NCBI RefSeq assembly: GCF_003334785.1
Contig: NZ_QOWV01000004.1
Source of the DNA: Escherichia coli
GTDB taxonomy: Bacteria > Pseudomonadota > Gammaproteobacteria > Enterobacterales > Enterobacteriaceae
Direction: 5' to 3' (one strand)
DNA: 64,000 bases
A model generated the notes under the pieces. That model ran no database searches. It was not told where the DNA came from and worked only from the letters and a program-made list of their open reading frames with translations. This document shows positions 28,329-40,558 of the stretch, one piece after another. The translations under genes and the position numbers were made by a program. Every line of letters begins with the position of its first letter. Within the stretch, counting starts at the first letter, position 1.

Positions 28329-28449
28329 GTGCGGCCTGAAAAACAGTGCTGTGCCCTTGTAACTCATCATAATAATTTACGGCGCAGCCAAGATTTCCCT
28401 GGTGTTGGCGCAGTATTCGCGCACCCCGGTCTAGCCGGGGTCATTTTTT
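28329..28449 (+). ncRNA. arcZ: Hfq-dependent small RNA ArcZ (SraH/RyhA)
   Basis: GTGCGGCCTGAAAAACAGTGCTGTGCCC...GCGCACCCCGGTCTAGCCGGGGTCATTTTTT; terminal hairpin plus U-run overlaps the arcB stop codon on the opposite strand. Confidence 0.88.
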
Positions 28450-30777
28450 AGTGGCTTTTGCCACCCACGCTTTCAGCACTTCTACGTCGTGACGCCACTC
28501 TTCTTTCATCTCTTCAATCCATTCACCGACGTTATCTTCCCAGGCCGGAAGGTCAGGAGACTGAATTTGCTGACCCAGCTGTTGCAGATGGCGTAACCCC
28601 ACTGACCCCGCCGCACCTTTAATTTTATGTCCTTCCTCAACAATGCCTTTTTTATCCTGCGCCGTCAGATTCGACTCCAGCACGCTGACATAGCCCGGCA
28701 TCATCTTCTCAAACACCGCTAACCCGTCGGTGATCAGCTTCGGTCCTACAAGTTCGAGATACTGTTCCAGCATGGGAATATCGAGCAATGCTTCTGATTT
28801 ACTGTTCTCTTCTGTCGTCATCGTACTCTCCTCATCATCCTGGGTATCCCAGAATTTCTTGATCATCGCGGTTAGCGCCGGAACAGAAAGCGGCTTACTC
28901 AGCACATCATCCATTCCAGCATTGAGGTACTCTTGTTTGTCTTTCAGCACGTTAGCGGTTAAGGCCACCAGCGGCGGTAAATCCTCGCGCGGATAACGTT
29001 TCGTCAGTTCACGAGAGATATCCAGCCCGGTCATATCTGGCAACTGAATATCCAGCAACACCAGGTCGTATTCGCCCGGTTTAAACATCTCCAGCGCCGC
29101 CTTGCCGGTCATGGCGACATCAACGCTGTTACCTAATTTTTCCAGCACAGAACGCGCAACAATCACGTTCAGTTCAATGTCTTCCACCAGCAGCACATTC
29201 AGCGCCGGTAAAGGCATATCGTCTTCATCAAACGCATCATCGACCTCTTCTGCTACCGACGGTGCGTGGATCGTCAACGTAAAGGTTGAACCTTTGCCCT
29301 GTTCGCTGGTAACCGTAATATCGCCGCCCATATTTTTCGCCAGACGACGAGAAACGGCCAGACCAATACCGGTGCCGGTGGCAGGTTTACCGCCATGACT
29401 GTCTTTCACCTGGTAATACATGGCGAAAATTTTATCCAGCTCATCCTGCGGAATGCCGATACCAGAGTCTTCCACTTCAAAATGCAGCATATCGCCTTCA
29501 TCGTAGCGCACGCGCACGGTAACCTGGCCTTGCTGGGTGAATTTGACGGCGTTACTGATGAGGTTCCACAGGATCTGCCGTAAACGCGTCCCGTCGGTAA
29601 TGACCTGATGCGGTAATGGCAGCGTCGGCTCCAGGTTAAAGCGCAATCCTTTTTGTTGCGCCTGCAATGCGGAGAGATTTTCCAGATCGGCAAGGAAGCT
29701 GGTGAAATCAACCGGTTGATTATCAAGCTGGACCTTGCGCCGTTCCATCTTATCCATGTCGATAATATCGTTAAAGATATTCCCCAGCGTGACGGCCGAA
29801 ACATGGATGGTCTTGAGATATTTTTCCTGCTCGGCGGTGAGTTCGGTATCCAGCAGAATGCGGCTCAGACCGACGATACCGTTCAGCGGTGTACGCAATT
29901 CGTGACTGATGGTGGAGATAAACGTCGTTTTGTCGCGGCTGGCCCGTTCAAGCGCATCCTGATACCGCTTACGCTCGGTAATGTCGCGACCAAAGCCCAT
30001 CAAACCGTGACGTTTACCCACGCGGTCGTAGTACGGCACTTTACGGATTTCAAAGCAGGCTTTGCGCCCGTCCGGGTAATCCAGCCACTGTTCATAGGTC
30101 AGTGACACATTATGACGGAACACTTTTTCATCGGTTTCAATGACTTTTGCGGCGGCTTCCGGTGAGTAAACATCAGCAGGTTTCAGGTGAACCAGTTGTT
30201 TTTCGCTTTTTCCGGTCAGCAGCTCCATCGCGCGGTTACAGCCGGAAAACTCTTTATCTTCGTTACGATAAAAAACCAGGTCGGGTGAAGCATCAAGGAA
30301 GGAACGTAAGAATGAGGATTGCTGCTCGAGCTGAATTTGTGTCTCTTCGCGCTCTTTGATTTCAATTTTCAGTTGGCCGAAGGTTTCCTGCAGTTCTGCT
30401 TCCGCTTTTTCACGAACGGCAATTTCCTGATTTAGCTGGGCAATATTATCTTTTAACTGAACGTTGAGGCTCAAATCGCGCTCGCGCATCTCCTCCAGTT
30501 TTTGCACCAGCCGTGACAGACGTTGTCGTGACTCCTCCAGTTGCTCGACGACCACCGATAGAAAGTAGACCGCCCACGGCGTAATCAGCAAACCAAAGAA
30601 GATAGAACGAATAACATCAATGCTTTCGACCTGACCATGCAGCACCATGGTTACCGCCATTTGTACCACAATGGCAAGAACGACGAGGGCCAGCGCCAGC
30701 AACATTGAGAAGCGCACCAGACCTAACTTCATCATCAGGTCAACATAATACTGCGCCAGCAGACGAATTTGCTTCAT
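28441..30777 (-). CDS. arcB: Aerobic respiration control sensor kinase ArcB
   Basis: 778 aa; MKQIRLLAQYYVDLMMKLGLVRFSMLLALALVVLAIVVQMAV...; HisKA, receiver and Hpt regions. Confidence 0.97.
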   Translation of the reverse strand: MKQIRLLAQYYVDLMMKLGLVRFSMLLALALVVLAIVVQMAVTMVLHGQVESIDVIRSIFFGLLITPWAVYFLSVVVEQLEESRQRLSRLVQKLEEMRERDLSLNVQLKDNIAQLNQEIAVREKAEAELQETFGQLKIEIKEREETQIQLEQQSSFLRSFLDASPDLVFYRNEDKEFSGCNRAMELLTGKSEKQLVHLKPADVYSPEAAAKVIETDEKVFRHNVSLTYEQWLDYPDGRKACFEIRKVPYYDRVGKRHGLMGFGRDITERKRYQDALERASRDKTTFISTISHELRTPLNGIVGLSRILLDTELTAEQEKYLKTIHVSAVTLGNIFNDIIDMDKMERRKVQLDNQPVDFTSFLADLENLSALQAQQKGLRFNLEPTLPLPHQVITDGTRLRQILWNLISNAVKFTQQGQVTVRVRYDEGDMLHFEVEDSGIGIPQDELDKIFAMYYQVKDSHGGKPATGTGIGLAVSRRLAKNMGGDITVTSEQGKGSTFTLTIHAPSVAEEVDDAFDEDDMPLPALNVLLVEDIELNVIVARSVLEKLGNSVDVAMTGKAALEMFKPGEYDLVLLDIQLPDMTGLDISRELTKRYPREDLPPLVALTANVLKDKQEYLNAGMDDVLSKPLSVPALTAMIKKFWDTQDDEESTMTTEENSKSEALLDIPMLEQYLELVGPKLITDGLAVFEKMMPGYVSVLESNLTAQDKKGIVEEGHKIKGAAGSVGLRHLQQLGQQIQSPDLPAWEDNVGEWIEEMKEEWRHDVEVLKAWVAKATKK

Positions 30778-30872
30778 TAGGGAATTCCTTCACGACAACC
30801 TGCCCCAATAATACCCAATTCTGACAGTTACGTTATAAATTGTGTGAGAAATGCGGAATTCCCCTCAACGAC

Positions 30873-31802
30873 CTACTCCGTTGGAGGTAGCCACGGACGT
30901 CCCAGCGCCGATCCCTGTACGCCATGTTCATTCAGATAGCGATCCAGCTCGACCATTCCCGTCCATCGATTTTCGCACCACAGCGGAGCAAGCAGCGTCG
31001 GGCGACGGGCGCTGGCGGAAATGCGGTGGTAGATCACTTCCGGTGGCGTATGGCGAATCATTTCTCCGGCAGTGAGCGTGTAATCCTCCAGTTCAATACC
31101 GTTCAAACGCCCCGCTTCCCAGGCTTTCGCCATAATGCTGCCTTTCACAATATGCAGCGGATGCAGCTTTATGCCGTCCACGCCGGTTTCAACCACTCGC
31201 TCCAGCGTTTGCAAACATTCAGCCTGCCCTTCGCCAGGCAGGCCGACAATTAAGTGGGAACACACCTTCAGCCCGCGCTGACGTGCCAGCTGGGTTGTAC
31301 GCTGATAACAGGCAAAATCATGGCCGCGGTTGATGCGATGCAGTGTTTTGTCGTGGGCGGTTTGTAGCCCCAGCTCCAGCCACACTTCGTAACCCTGGTC
31401 CTTATATTCGCAAAGCAGATCCAGCACCGCATCCGGCACGCAGTCCGGGCGGGTACCCACACACAAACCGACAATATTGGCCTGGCTCACCGCCTGCTGA
31501 TACATAGAACGCAGCACCTGAACTTCCGCAAAGGTGCTGGTATACGCCTGAAAGTAGGCCAGATAGCGTTTAGCGCGGTTAACTAAATTCGCCTGGTGCG
31601 CCAGTTGCTCGGCAATGGAACGATGCTGCTGCGCTTCATCGGCAAACGAGGCAACATTACAGAATGTGCAGCCACCACGCCCGATGGTACCGTCACGGTT
31701 AGGGCAGCTAAAACCGCCGTGCAGCGTCAGCTTATGCACCTTTTGCCCATAACGACGGGTGAGATCACCACCAAACATATTGACTAATTTCTGTAACTGC
31801 AT
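30873..31802 (-). CDS. yhcC: Radical SAM protein YhcC
   Basis: 309 aa from ATG (MQLQKLVNMFGGDLTRRYGQKVHKLTLHGGFSCPNRDG...); Cys-rich N-terminus. Confidence 0.9.
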   Translation of the reverse strand: MQLQKLVNMFGGDLTRRYGQKVHKLTLHGGFSCPNRDGTIGRGGCTFCNVASFADEAQQHRSIAEQLAHQANLVNRAKRYLAYFQAYTSTFAEVQVLRSMYQQAVSQANIVGLCVGTRPDCVPDAVLDLLCEYKDQGYEVWLELGLQTAHDKTLHRINRGHDFACYQRTTQLARQRGLKVCSHLIVGLPGEGQAECLQTLERVVETGVDGIKLHPLHIVKGSIMAKAWEAGRLNGIELEDYTLTAGEMIRHTPPEVIYHRISASARRPTLLAPLWCENRWTGMVELDRYLNEHGVQGSALGRPWLPPTE

Positions 31803-32476
31803 AATCTGATAGACCGCGCCTTGAAAAGAGGCCAAAGCCTGCCATTTTTAGCTCAATTCGGCGATGACCTGGATCAATCGTCCCGGCCTGCTTTTATCAA
31901 CTGCATAATCAATCAAAATTACCGAAATTTCATGCATAATCACATAAATCACTTTTGCTTATCTTGTGTCAGATTTTTTTATCTCCTGATGGATTTTAGG
32001 CAAAAACAGTAGCATGAAACGTCATTACCAATTAAGGCAGTATAAAATGCTGGTTTTGTCGTCAGTTCAAGGCAGGATAAGGGTTAACACACCTTTATGA
32101 CAGTCAGGAATTGACTGTTTCTCTAACGACTTCCCTTTTAGCCTTAAAGATAAAATCCATTTTAATTTCAGTCATTTAATAAAGAATTTTGCGCTAAAGC
32201 ACATTTCTGTACCAATAAGCTTGCCATTTGACCTGTATCAGCTTTCCCGATAAGTTGGAAATCCGCTGGAAGCTTTCTGGATGAGCAGCCTGCTCATCAT
32301 ATTTATGCAGTAATTGAGATCCCCTCTTCACCGTATTAACCGATGCGAAAAGGACAACAAGGGGGCGAATGCGAGGCGCGCGTATGACACGCAAACCCCG
32401 TCGCCACGCTCTTTCTGTGCCCGTGCGCAGCGGTTCGGAAGTGGGGTTCCCGCAGAGCCTGGGGGAGGTTCACGAT

Positions 32477-35400
32477 ATGTTGTACGATAAATCCCTTGAG
32501 AGGGATAACTGTGGTTTCGGCCTGATCGCCCACATAGAAGGCGAACCTAGCCACAAGGTAGTGCGTACTGCAATACACGCACTGGCCCGCATGCAGCACC
32601 GTGGCGCGATTCTCGCCGATGGTAAAACCGGCGACGGTTGCGGCTTGCTGTTACAAAAACCGGATCGCTTTTTTCGCATCGTTGCGCAGGAGCGCGGCTG
32701 GCGTTTAGCAAAAAACTACGCTGTCGGGATGCTCTTCCTGAATAAAGATCCTGAACTCGCCGCTGCCGCACGCCGCATCGTTGAAGAAGAACTGCAACGC
32801 GAAACCTTGTCGATTGTGGGCTGGCGTGATGTCCCCACTAACGAAGGCGTGCTGGGTGAAATCGCCCTCTCCTCTCTGCCACGCATTGAGCAAATTTTTG
32901 TGAACGCCCCGGCAGGCTGGCGTCCACGCGATATGGAGCGCCGTCTGTTTATCGCCCGCCGCCGCATTGAAAAGCGTCTCGAAGCCGACAAAGACTTCTA
33001 CGTCTGTAGCCTGTCGAATCTGGTGAACATCTATAAAGGTCTGTGTATGCCGACGGATCTGCCGCGCTTTTATCTGGATCTTGCGGACCTGCGTCTGGAA
33101 TCGGCCATTTGCCTGTTCCACCAGCGCTTCTCCACTAACACCGTACCGCGCTGGCCGCTGGCGCAACCGTTCCGCTATCTGGCGCATAACGGTGAAATCA
33201 ACACCATCACCGGTAACCGCCAATGGGCGCGTGCGCGTACTTATAAATTCCAGACACCGCTTATCCCTGACCTGCACGACGCCGCACCGTTCGTCAACGA
33301 AACCGGCTCTGACTCCAGTTCGATGGATAACATGCTGGAACTGCTGCTGGCAGGCGGGATGGATATCATCCGCGCCATGCGTCTATTAGTACCACCCGCC
33401 TGGCAGAACAACCCGGATATGGACCCGGAACTGCGTGCCTTCTTTGACTTTAACTCCATGCATATGGAGCCGTGGGATGGCCCGGCGGGCATCGTGATGT
33501 CCGACGGTCGTTTTGCCGCCTGTAACCTCGACCGTAACGGTCTGCGTCCGGCGCGCTACGTCATCACCAAAGATAAGCTCATCACCTGCGCCTCTGAAGT
33601 CGGTATCTGGGATTACCAGCCTGACGAAGTGGTCGAAAAAGGCCGCGTCGGGCCAGGCGAACTGATGGTTATCGACACCCGCAGTGGGCGTATTCTGCAC
33701 TCGGCAGAAACCGATGACGATCTGAAAAGCCGCCATCCATATAAAGAGTGGATGGAGAAAAACGTCCGCCGACTGGTACCGTTTGAAGATCTGCCCGATG
33801 AAGAAGTGGGTAGCCGCGAACTGGACGACGACACGCTTGCCAGCTACCAGAAACAGTTTAACTACAGCGCGGAAGAGCTGGACTCCGTAATTCGCGTACT
33901 GGGCGAAAACGGTCAGGAAGCGGTCGGTTCGATGGGCGATGATACCCCATTCGCCGTGCTCTCCAGTCAGCCGCGCATTATTTACGACTACTTCCGCCAG
34001 CAGTTTGCCCAGGTGACTAACCCGCCAATCGACCCGCTGCGTGAAGCGCATGTTATGTCGCTCGCCACCAGTATCGGTCGTGAAATGAACGTCTTTTGCG
34101 AAGCAGAGGGCCAGGCGCACCGTTTAAGCTTTAAATCGCCGATTCTGCTCTACTCCGATTTCAAACAGCTCACGACGATGAAAGAGGAGCACTACCGCGC
34201 AGATACGCTGGATATCACCTTTGACGTCACTAAAACCACGCTCGAAGCGACAGTCAAAGAGCTGTGCGACAAAGCCGAAAAAATGGTACGTAGCGGCACC
34301 GTGCTGCTGGTGCTCTCCGACCGGAATATCGCTAAAGATCGCCTGCCGGTTCCAGCCCCGATGGCGGTTGGCGCGATCCAGACCCGTCTGGTCGATCAAA
34401 GCCTGCGTTGCGATGCCAACATCATCGTCGAAACCGCCAGCGCCCGCGATCCGCACCACTTCGCCGTGTTGCTGGGCTTCGGCGCGACGGCTATTTATCC
34501 ATACCTTGCCTATGAAACGCTGGGCCGCCTGGTAGACACCCATGCGATTGCCAAAGATTATCGTACCGTGATGCTCAACTACCGTAACGGCATCAACAAA
34601 GGCTTGTACAAAATCATGTCCAAAATGGGCATCTCCACCATCGCCTCTTACCGCTGCTCGAAACTGTTTGAAGCGGTCGGTCTACACGATGATGTAGTGG
34701 GCCTGTGCTTCCAGGGGGCGGTCAGCCGCATTGGTGGAGCAAGCTTTGAAGACTTCCAGCAGGATCTGCTGAATCTGTCGAAACGTGCCTGGCTGGCGCG
34801 TAAGCCCATCAGCCAGGGCGGTCTGCTGAAATACGTCCACGGCGGCGAATACCACGCCTACAACCCGGACGTGGTGCGCACGCTGCAACAAGCGGTACAA
34901 AGCGGCGAGTACAGCGACTATCAGGAATACGCGAAGCTGGTTAATGAGCGTCCGGCAACCACGCTGCGCGATCTGCTGGCAATTACGCCGGGTGAAAACG
35001 CGGTCAACATTGCTGATGTTGAACCGGCAAGCGAACTGTTTAAACGCTTTGATACCGCCGCGATGTCTATCGGCGCGTTAAGCCCGGAAGCCCACGAGGC
35101 GCTGGCGGAAGCGATGAACAGCATCGGCGGTAATTCGAACTCCGGTGAAGGCGGCGAAGACCCGGCGCGCTACGGCACCAACAAAGTGTCGCGCATCAAG
35201 CAGGTGGCTTCCGGTCGCTTTGGGGTTACTCCGGCGTATCTGGTCAATGCCGACGTCATTCAGATTAAAGTCGCCCAGGGCGCGAAGCCAGGCGAAGGCG
35301 GTCAGTTGCCGGGTGATAAAGTCACGCCTTACATCGCCAAACTGCGCTATTCGGTGCCCGGAGTGACGCTGATCTCCCCGCCGCCGCACCACGATATCTA

Positions 35401-36937
35401 CTCTATCGAGGACTTAGCGCAGCTCATTTTCGACCTCAAGCAGGTTAACCCGAAAGCGATGATCTCCGTGAAGCTGGTTTCCGAACCGGGAGTAGGCACC
35501 ATCGCGACTGGCGTGGCAAAAGCTTATGCGGACTTGATCACCATCGCAGGCTATGACGGCGGCACCGGCGCAAGTCCGCTTTCATCGGTGAAATACGCAG
35601 GCTGTCCGTGGGAGCTGGGGCTTGTTGAAACCCAGCAGGCGCTGGTTGCTAACGGCTTGCGTCACAAGATCCGTTTGCAGGTCGATGGCGGCCTGAAAAC
35701 GGGTGTCGATATCATCAAGGCGGCGATTCTCGGCGCAGAAAGCTTCGGCTTCGGCACTGGCCCGATGGTGGCGCTCGGCTGTAAATATCTACGTATTTGC
35801 CATCTGAACAACTGCGCAACGGGTGTAGCAACTCAGGATGACAAACTGCGTAAGAACCACTATCACGGCCTGCCATTCAAGGTGACGAATTACTTTGAGT
35901 TTATCGCCCGTGAAACCCGCGAGCTGATGGCACAGCTTGGCGTAACACGTCTGGTGGATCTGATTGGTCGCACCGACCTGCTGAAAGAGCTGGACGGTTT
36001 CACCGCCAAACAGCAGAAGCTGGCGCTGTCGAAGCTGCTGGAGACTGCCGAACCGCATCCAGGTAAGGCACTCTACTGCACCGAAAACAACCCGCCGTTT
36101 GATAACGGCCTGCTGAACGCGCAGTTGCTGCAACAGGCGAAACCGTTTGTCGATGAGCGCCAGAGCAAAACCTTCTGGTTCGATATTCGCAACACCGACC
36201 GTTCTGTCGGCGCGTCGCTTTCAGGCTATATCGCCCAGACGCACGGCGATCAGGGGCTGGCAGCCGATCCTATCAAAGCGTACTTCAACGGCACCGCAGG
36301 CCAGAGCTTCGGCGTGTGGAACGCGGGCGGCGTGGAACTGTACCTGACCGGTGATGCCAACGACTATGTCGGTAAAGGCATGGCGGGCGGCTTAATCGCC
36401 ATTCGTCCTCCGGTTGGTTCCGCCTTCCGCAGCCATGAAGCAAGCATTATCGGCAACACCTGCCTGTATGGCGCGACCGGTGGTCGTCTGTATGCCGCAG
36501 GCCGCGCGGGTGAACGTTTCGGCGTGCGTAACTCCGGTGCTATCACCGTGGTAGAAGGCATTGGCGACAACGGTTGTGAATATATGACGGGTGGTATCGT
36601 CTGCATTCTGGGTAAAACCGGCGTTAACTTCGGTGCGGGCATGACCGGCGGTTTCGCTTACGTTCTCGATGAAAGCGGCGATTTCCGCAAACGCGTTAAC
36701 CCGGAACTGGTCGAGGTCTTAAGCGTTGACGCTCTGGCGATCCATGAAGAGCATCTGCGTGGTCTTATCACCGAGCATGTGCAGCATACCGGCTCTCAGC
36801 GCGGTGAAGAGATTCTGGCGAACTGGTCAACCTTCGCCACTAAATTTGCGCTGGTTAAACCGAAGTCCAGTGATGTAAAAGCACTGCTGGGTCACCGTAG
36901 TCGTAGCGCAGCTGAGTTGCGCGTGCAGGCGCAGTAA
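32477..36937 (+). CDS. gltB: Glutamate synthase (NADPH) large subunit
   Basis: 1486 aa from ATG ([26 protein letters not shown]...); track ORF extends 36 codons upstream to 32369. Confidence 0.96.
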   Translation: MLYDKSLERDNCGFGLIAHIEGEPSHKVVRTAIHALARMQHRGAILADGKTGDGCGLLLQKPDRFFRIVAQERGWRLAKNYAVGMLFLNKDPELAAAARRIVEEELQRETLSIVGWRDVPTNEGVLGEIALSSLPRIEQIFVNAPAGWRPRDMERRLFIARRRIEKRLEADKDFYVCSLSNLVNIYKGLCMPTDLPRFYLDLADLRLESAICLFHQRFSTNTVPRWPLAQPFRYLAHNGEINTITGNRQWARARTYKFQTPLIPDLHDAAPFVNETGSDSSSMDNMLELLLAGGMDIIRAMRLLVPPAWQNNPDMDPELRAFFDFNSMHMEPWDGPAGIVMSDGRFAACNLDRNGLRPARYVITKDKLITCASEVGIWDYQPDEVVEKGRVGPGELMVIDTRSGRILHSAETDDDLKSRHPYKEWMEKNVRRLVPFEDLPDEEVGSRELDDDTLASYQKQFNYSAEELDSVIRVLGENGQEAVGSMGDDTPFAVLSSQPRIIYDYFRQQFAQVTNPPIDPLREAHVMSLATSIGREMNVFCEAEGQAHRLSFKSPILLYSDFKQLTTMKEEHYRADTLDITFDVTKTTLEATVKELCDKAEKMVRSGTVLLVLSDRNIAKDRLPVPAPMAVGAIQTRLVDQSLRCDANIIVETASARDPHHFAVLLGFGATAIYPYLAYETLGRLVDTHAIAKDYRTVMLNYRNGINKGLYKIMSKMGISTIASYRCSKLFEAVGLHDDVVGLCFQGAVSRIGGASFEDFQQDLLNLSKRAWLARKPISQGGLLKYVHGGEYHAYNPDVVRTLQQAVQSGEYSDYQEYAKLVNERPATTLRDLLAITPGENAVNIADVEPASELFKRFDTAAMSIGALSPEAHEALAEAMNSIGGNSNSGEGGEDPARYGTNKVSRIKQVASGRFGVTPAYLVNADVIQIKVAQGAKPGEGGQLPGDKVTPYIAKLRYSVPGVTLISPPPHHDIYSIEDLAQLIFDLKQVNPKAMISVKLVSEPGVGTIATGVAKAYADLITIAGYDGGTGASPLSSVKYAGCPWELGLVETQQALVANGLRHKIRLQVDGGLKTGVDIIKAAILGAESFGFGTGPMVALGCKYLRICHLNNCATGVATQDDKLRKNHYHGLPFKVTNYFEFIARETRELMAQLGVTRLVDLIGRTDLLKELDGFTAKQQKLALSKLLETAEPHPGKALYCTENNPPFDNGLLNAQLLQQAKPFVDERQSKTFWFDIRNTDRSVGASLSGYIAQTHGDQGLAADPIKAYFNGTAGQSFGVWNAGGVELYLTGDANDYVGKGMAGGLIAIRPPVGSAFRSHEASIIGNTCLYGATGGRLYAAGRAGERFGVRNSGAITVVEGIGDNGCEYMTGGIVCILGKTGVNFGAGMTGGFAYVLDESGDFRKRVNPELVEVLSVDALAIHEEHLRGLITEHVQHTGSQRGEEILANWSTFATKFALVKPKSSDVKALLGHRSRSAAELRVQAQ

Positions 36938-38368
<1,431 letters not shown>

Positions 38369-38381
38369 GCGAGGTAACAAT

Positions 38382-38409
38382 GAATTCGCCAGACTGTGTC
38401 TGGCGAATC
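38382..38409. repeat. Palindromic unit (GAATTCGCCAGAC-TGT-GTCTGGCGAATC), 13 nt after the gltD stop
   Basis: 12-13 bp perfect inverted arms with 3-nt centre; same family as the units in and after yhcG. Confidence 0.8.
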
Positions 38410-38927
38410 AAATTACTGACGAAGTGCGCGTTGTTTTCTGGCAAATGCGGCATGAGCGTTTGACCTTTCCTATAATAGGGATAATTTTCAATAAATTGTG
38501 CTTTGTTCACCAAGTCTGATGAGTGAAGCACATCAAGCAATTTCTCATTTACAATCCGTCTCAATTACTTGTTAACACCTCTGACAATACCGATTCTGCA
38601 AGCTATTCAGTCTTTTCATTCCATGTAAATTGTCTCGATATTAATATACAAAATATGAATATAAAAAACCAATATATTATCCTTAATTATCTATATATTT
38701 TCCTATTTTTCAGCGCAAACATTCATGTAATGAATAATTATCACCACAAACCACCTCACCAGCACCTTATTATTCACATGATCGTAACTATAAAATTCAT
38801 TAAATAAATACATCCCAGCAAGTTGGCTATTTCTGAACGAGTTATTTATTTACATTCACAAACAGATATATATACTGCTTCAGCTTTTTATTTTAAAAAA
38901 TAAATTTGTTATTAAGGATATGTTCAT

Positions 38928-39692
38928 ATGTTTTTCAAAAAGAACCTCACAACAGCTGCTATTTGTGCAGCACTTTCTGTTGCAGCATTCAGTGCCATGG
39001 CAACAGATTCAACTGATACAGAATTAACTATCATCGGCGAGTATACCCCTGGTGCATGTACCCCAGTTGTTACGGGCGGCGGCATTGTTGACTATGGGAA
39101 ACATCATAACAGTGCGCTGAATCCGACCGGTAAAAGTAATAAACTGGTTCAACTGGGCCGCAAAAACAGCACATTAAATATAACCTGCACAGCACCAACG
39201 CTAATTGCTGTAACCTCCAAGGATAACCGTCAGTCGACCATTGTAGCGTTAAACGACACATCCTATATTGAAAAAGCTTATGATACTCTCGTAGATATGA
39301 AGGGAACGAAAAACGCCTTTGGTTTAGGTTCTGCGCCTAATGGACAAAAAATTGGCGCTGCATCCATTGGTATTGACAGGTCTAATGGTGGGATTCACGC
39401 GGCGGACGATACAGGTGAAATTCCTGTCGACCTGATTCAAACTGACCACTGGTCAGCAGCGACCCCCACATGGAAAGCCTCATCTAATGGCGCATTCTGC
39501 TCGCTGACAAGTTGCTCAGCAATCGAGCGCGGTTATTCTGTTGCAAAAACAGGGGAACTGACACCTGTTGCCATTACAGCGGTCACCTTCCCGTTACTGA
39601 TTGATGCTGCGGTAAATGACAATACTATTCTTGGTTCTGATGAAACGATCAAACTGGATGGTAACGTCACTATCAGCGTTCAGTATTTATAA
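38928..39692 (+). CDS. gltF: GltF, periplasmic fimbrial-subunit-like protein (DUF1120 family)
   Basis: 254 aa; signal peptide MFFKKNLTTAAICAALSVAAFSAMA; C-terminal ...KLDGNVTISVQYL shared with yhcF. Confidence 0.9.
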   Translation: MFFKKNLTTAAICAALSVAAFSAMATDSTDTELTIIGEYTPGACTPVVTGGGIVDYGKHHNSALNPTGKSNKLVQLGRKNSTLNITCTAPTLIAVTSKDNRQSTIVALNDTSYIEKAYDTLVDMKGTKNAFGLGSAPNGQKIGAASIGIDRSNGGIHAADDTGEIPVDLIQTDHWSAATPTWKASSNGAFCSLTSCSAIERGYSVAKTGELTPVAITAVTFPLLIDAAVNDNTILGSDETIKLDGNVTISVQYL

Positions 39693-39863
39693 GAACTTGT
39701 AATACAGTTTTTATTTTTACGCATTAACCAGTTAGCTATAACTCGGACAGATTATGCCCTATGACATGGTCTGTCTTAATCAATCTCATCGCAAACAGTG
39801 CATAACATATATTAACAATATGTTTCTGCGTTATTTATCATTATTACAGGAGTTTTAATTTAA

Positions 39864-40538
39864 ATGCTCAGACACATTACATTCACTGTATTTATAACAA
39901 CATCAATGAATACCTTAGCCACAGGGATGGTTCCTGAAACATCAGTATTGCTGGTTGATGAAAAGCGTGGTGAAGCTAGTATTAATATTAAGAATACAGA
40001 TGATCATCCTTCATTGCTTTACACCACCATTGTTGATTTGCCTGAAAGCAATAAATCAATTCGTTTAATCCCGACTCAGCCCGTTATTCGTGTTGAAGCC
40101 GGTCAAGTACAACAGGTTCGATTTTTACTTCAGGCGACTGTTCCTCTGCAATCAGAAGAGCTGAAACGCGTAACGTTCGAAGGTATTCCACCAAAAGATG
40201 ACAAGAGCAGCAGAGTTACTGTTTCAATTCGTCAGGATCTACCTGTACTGATCCACCCGGCTTCCCTGCCGGAAGAGCGAGAGACCTGGAAATTCCTGGA
40301 ATGGCGTAAAAATGGCGACCAAATTGAGATTAGCAACCCCAGTAATTATGTCGTTCGTATGACCTTACAATTTAAAACGCTCCCTTCAGGAAAAACGGGG
40401 GCTATAAATAAGACCTATTTTCTACCACACACCAGTACAACTACTGCATTAACAAACGCTACGGATACAAAAGTCGAGTTTTACCCAGCCAGCCGATATG
40501 GTTATCGCGGTAATAAATATGTCACTGACTTAAAATAA
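39864..40538 (+). CDS. yhcA: Fimbrial periplasmic chaperone (PapD-like)
   Basis: 224 aa; MLRHITFTVFITTSMNTLATGMVPETSVLLVDEKRGEASINIKNTDD... Confidence 0.9.
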   Translation: MLRHITFTVFITTSMNTLATGMVPETSVLLVDEKRGEASINIKNTDDHPSLLYTTIVDLPESNKSIRLIPTQPVIRVEAGQVQQVRFLLQATVPLQSEELKRVTFEGIPPKDDKSSRVTVSIRQDLPVLIHPASLPEERETWKFLEWRKNGDQIEISNPSNYVVRMTLQFKTLPSGKTGAINKTYFLPHTSTTTALTNATDTKVEFYPASRYGYRGNKYVTDLK

Positions 40539-40558
40539 CTTTGCCTGGAGCGACAAGG

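Noticed and set aside
28263-28451. 62-aa ORF overlapping the arcZ locus
   Set aside because: The region matches the ArcZ sRNA with its terminator; no evidence of coding.
33386-34120. 244-aa ORF on the - strand
   Set aside because: Antisense within gltB; shadow ORF. The same reasoning applies to 32705..33277 and other - strand ORFs inside gltB and gltD.
38523-38807. 94-aa ORF in the AT-rich gltD-gltF intergenic region
   Set aside because: Ile/Asn/Lys/Phe-rich translation with no ribosome-binding site; a composition artefact of the AT-rich promoter region.
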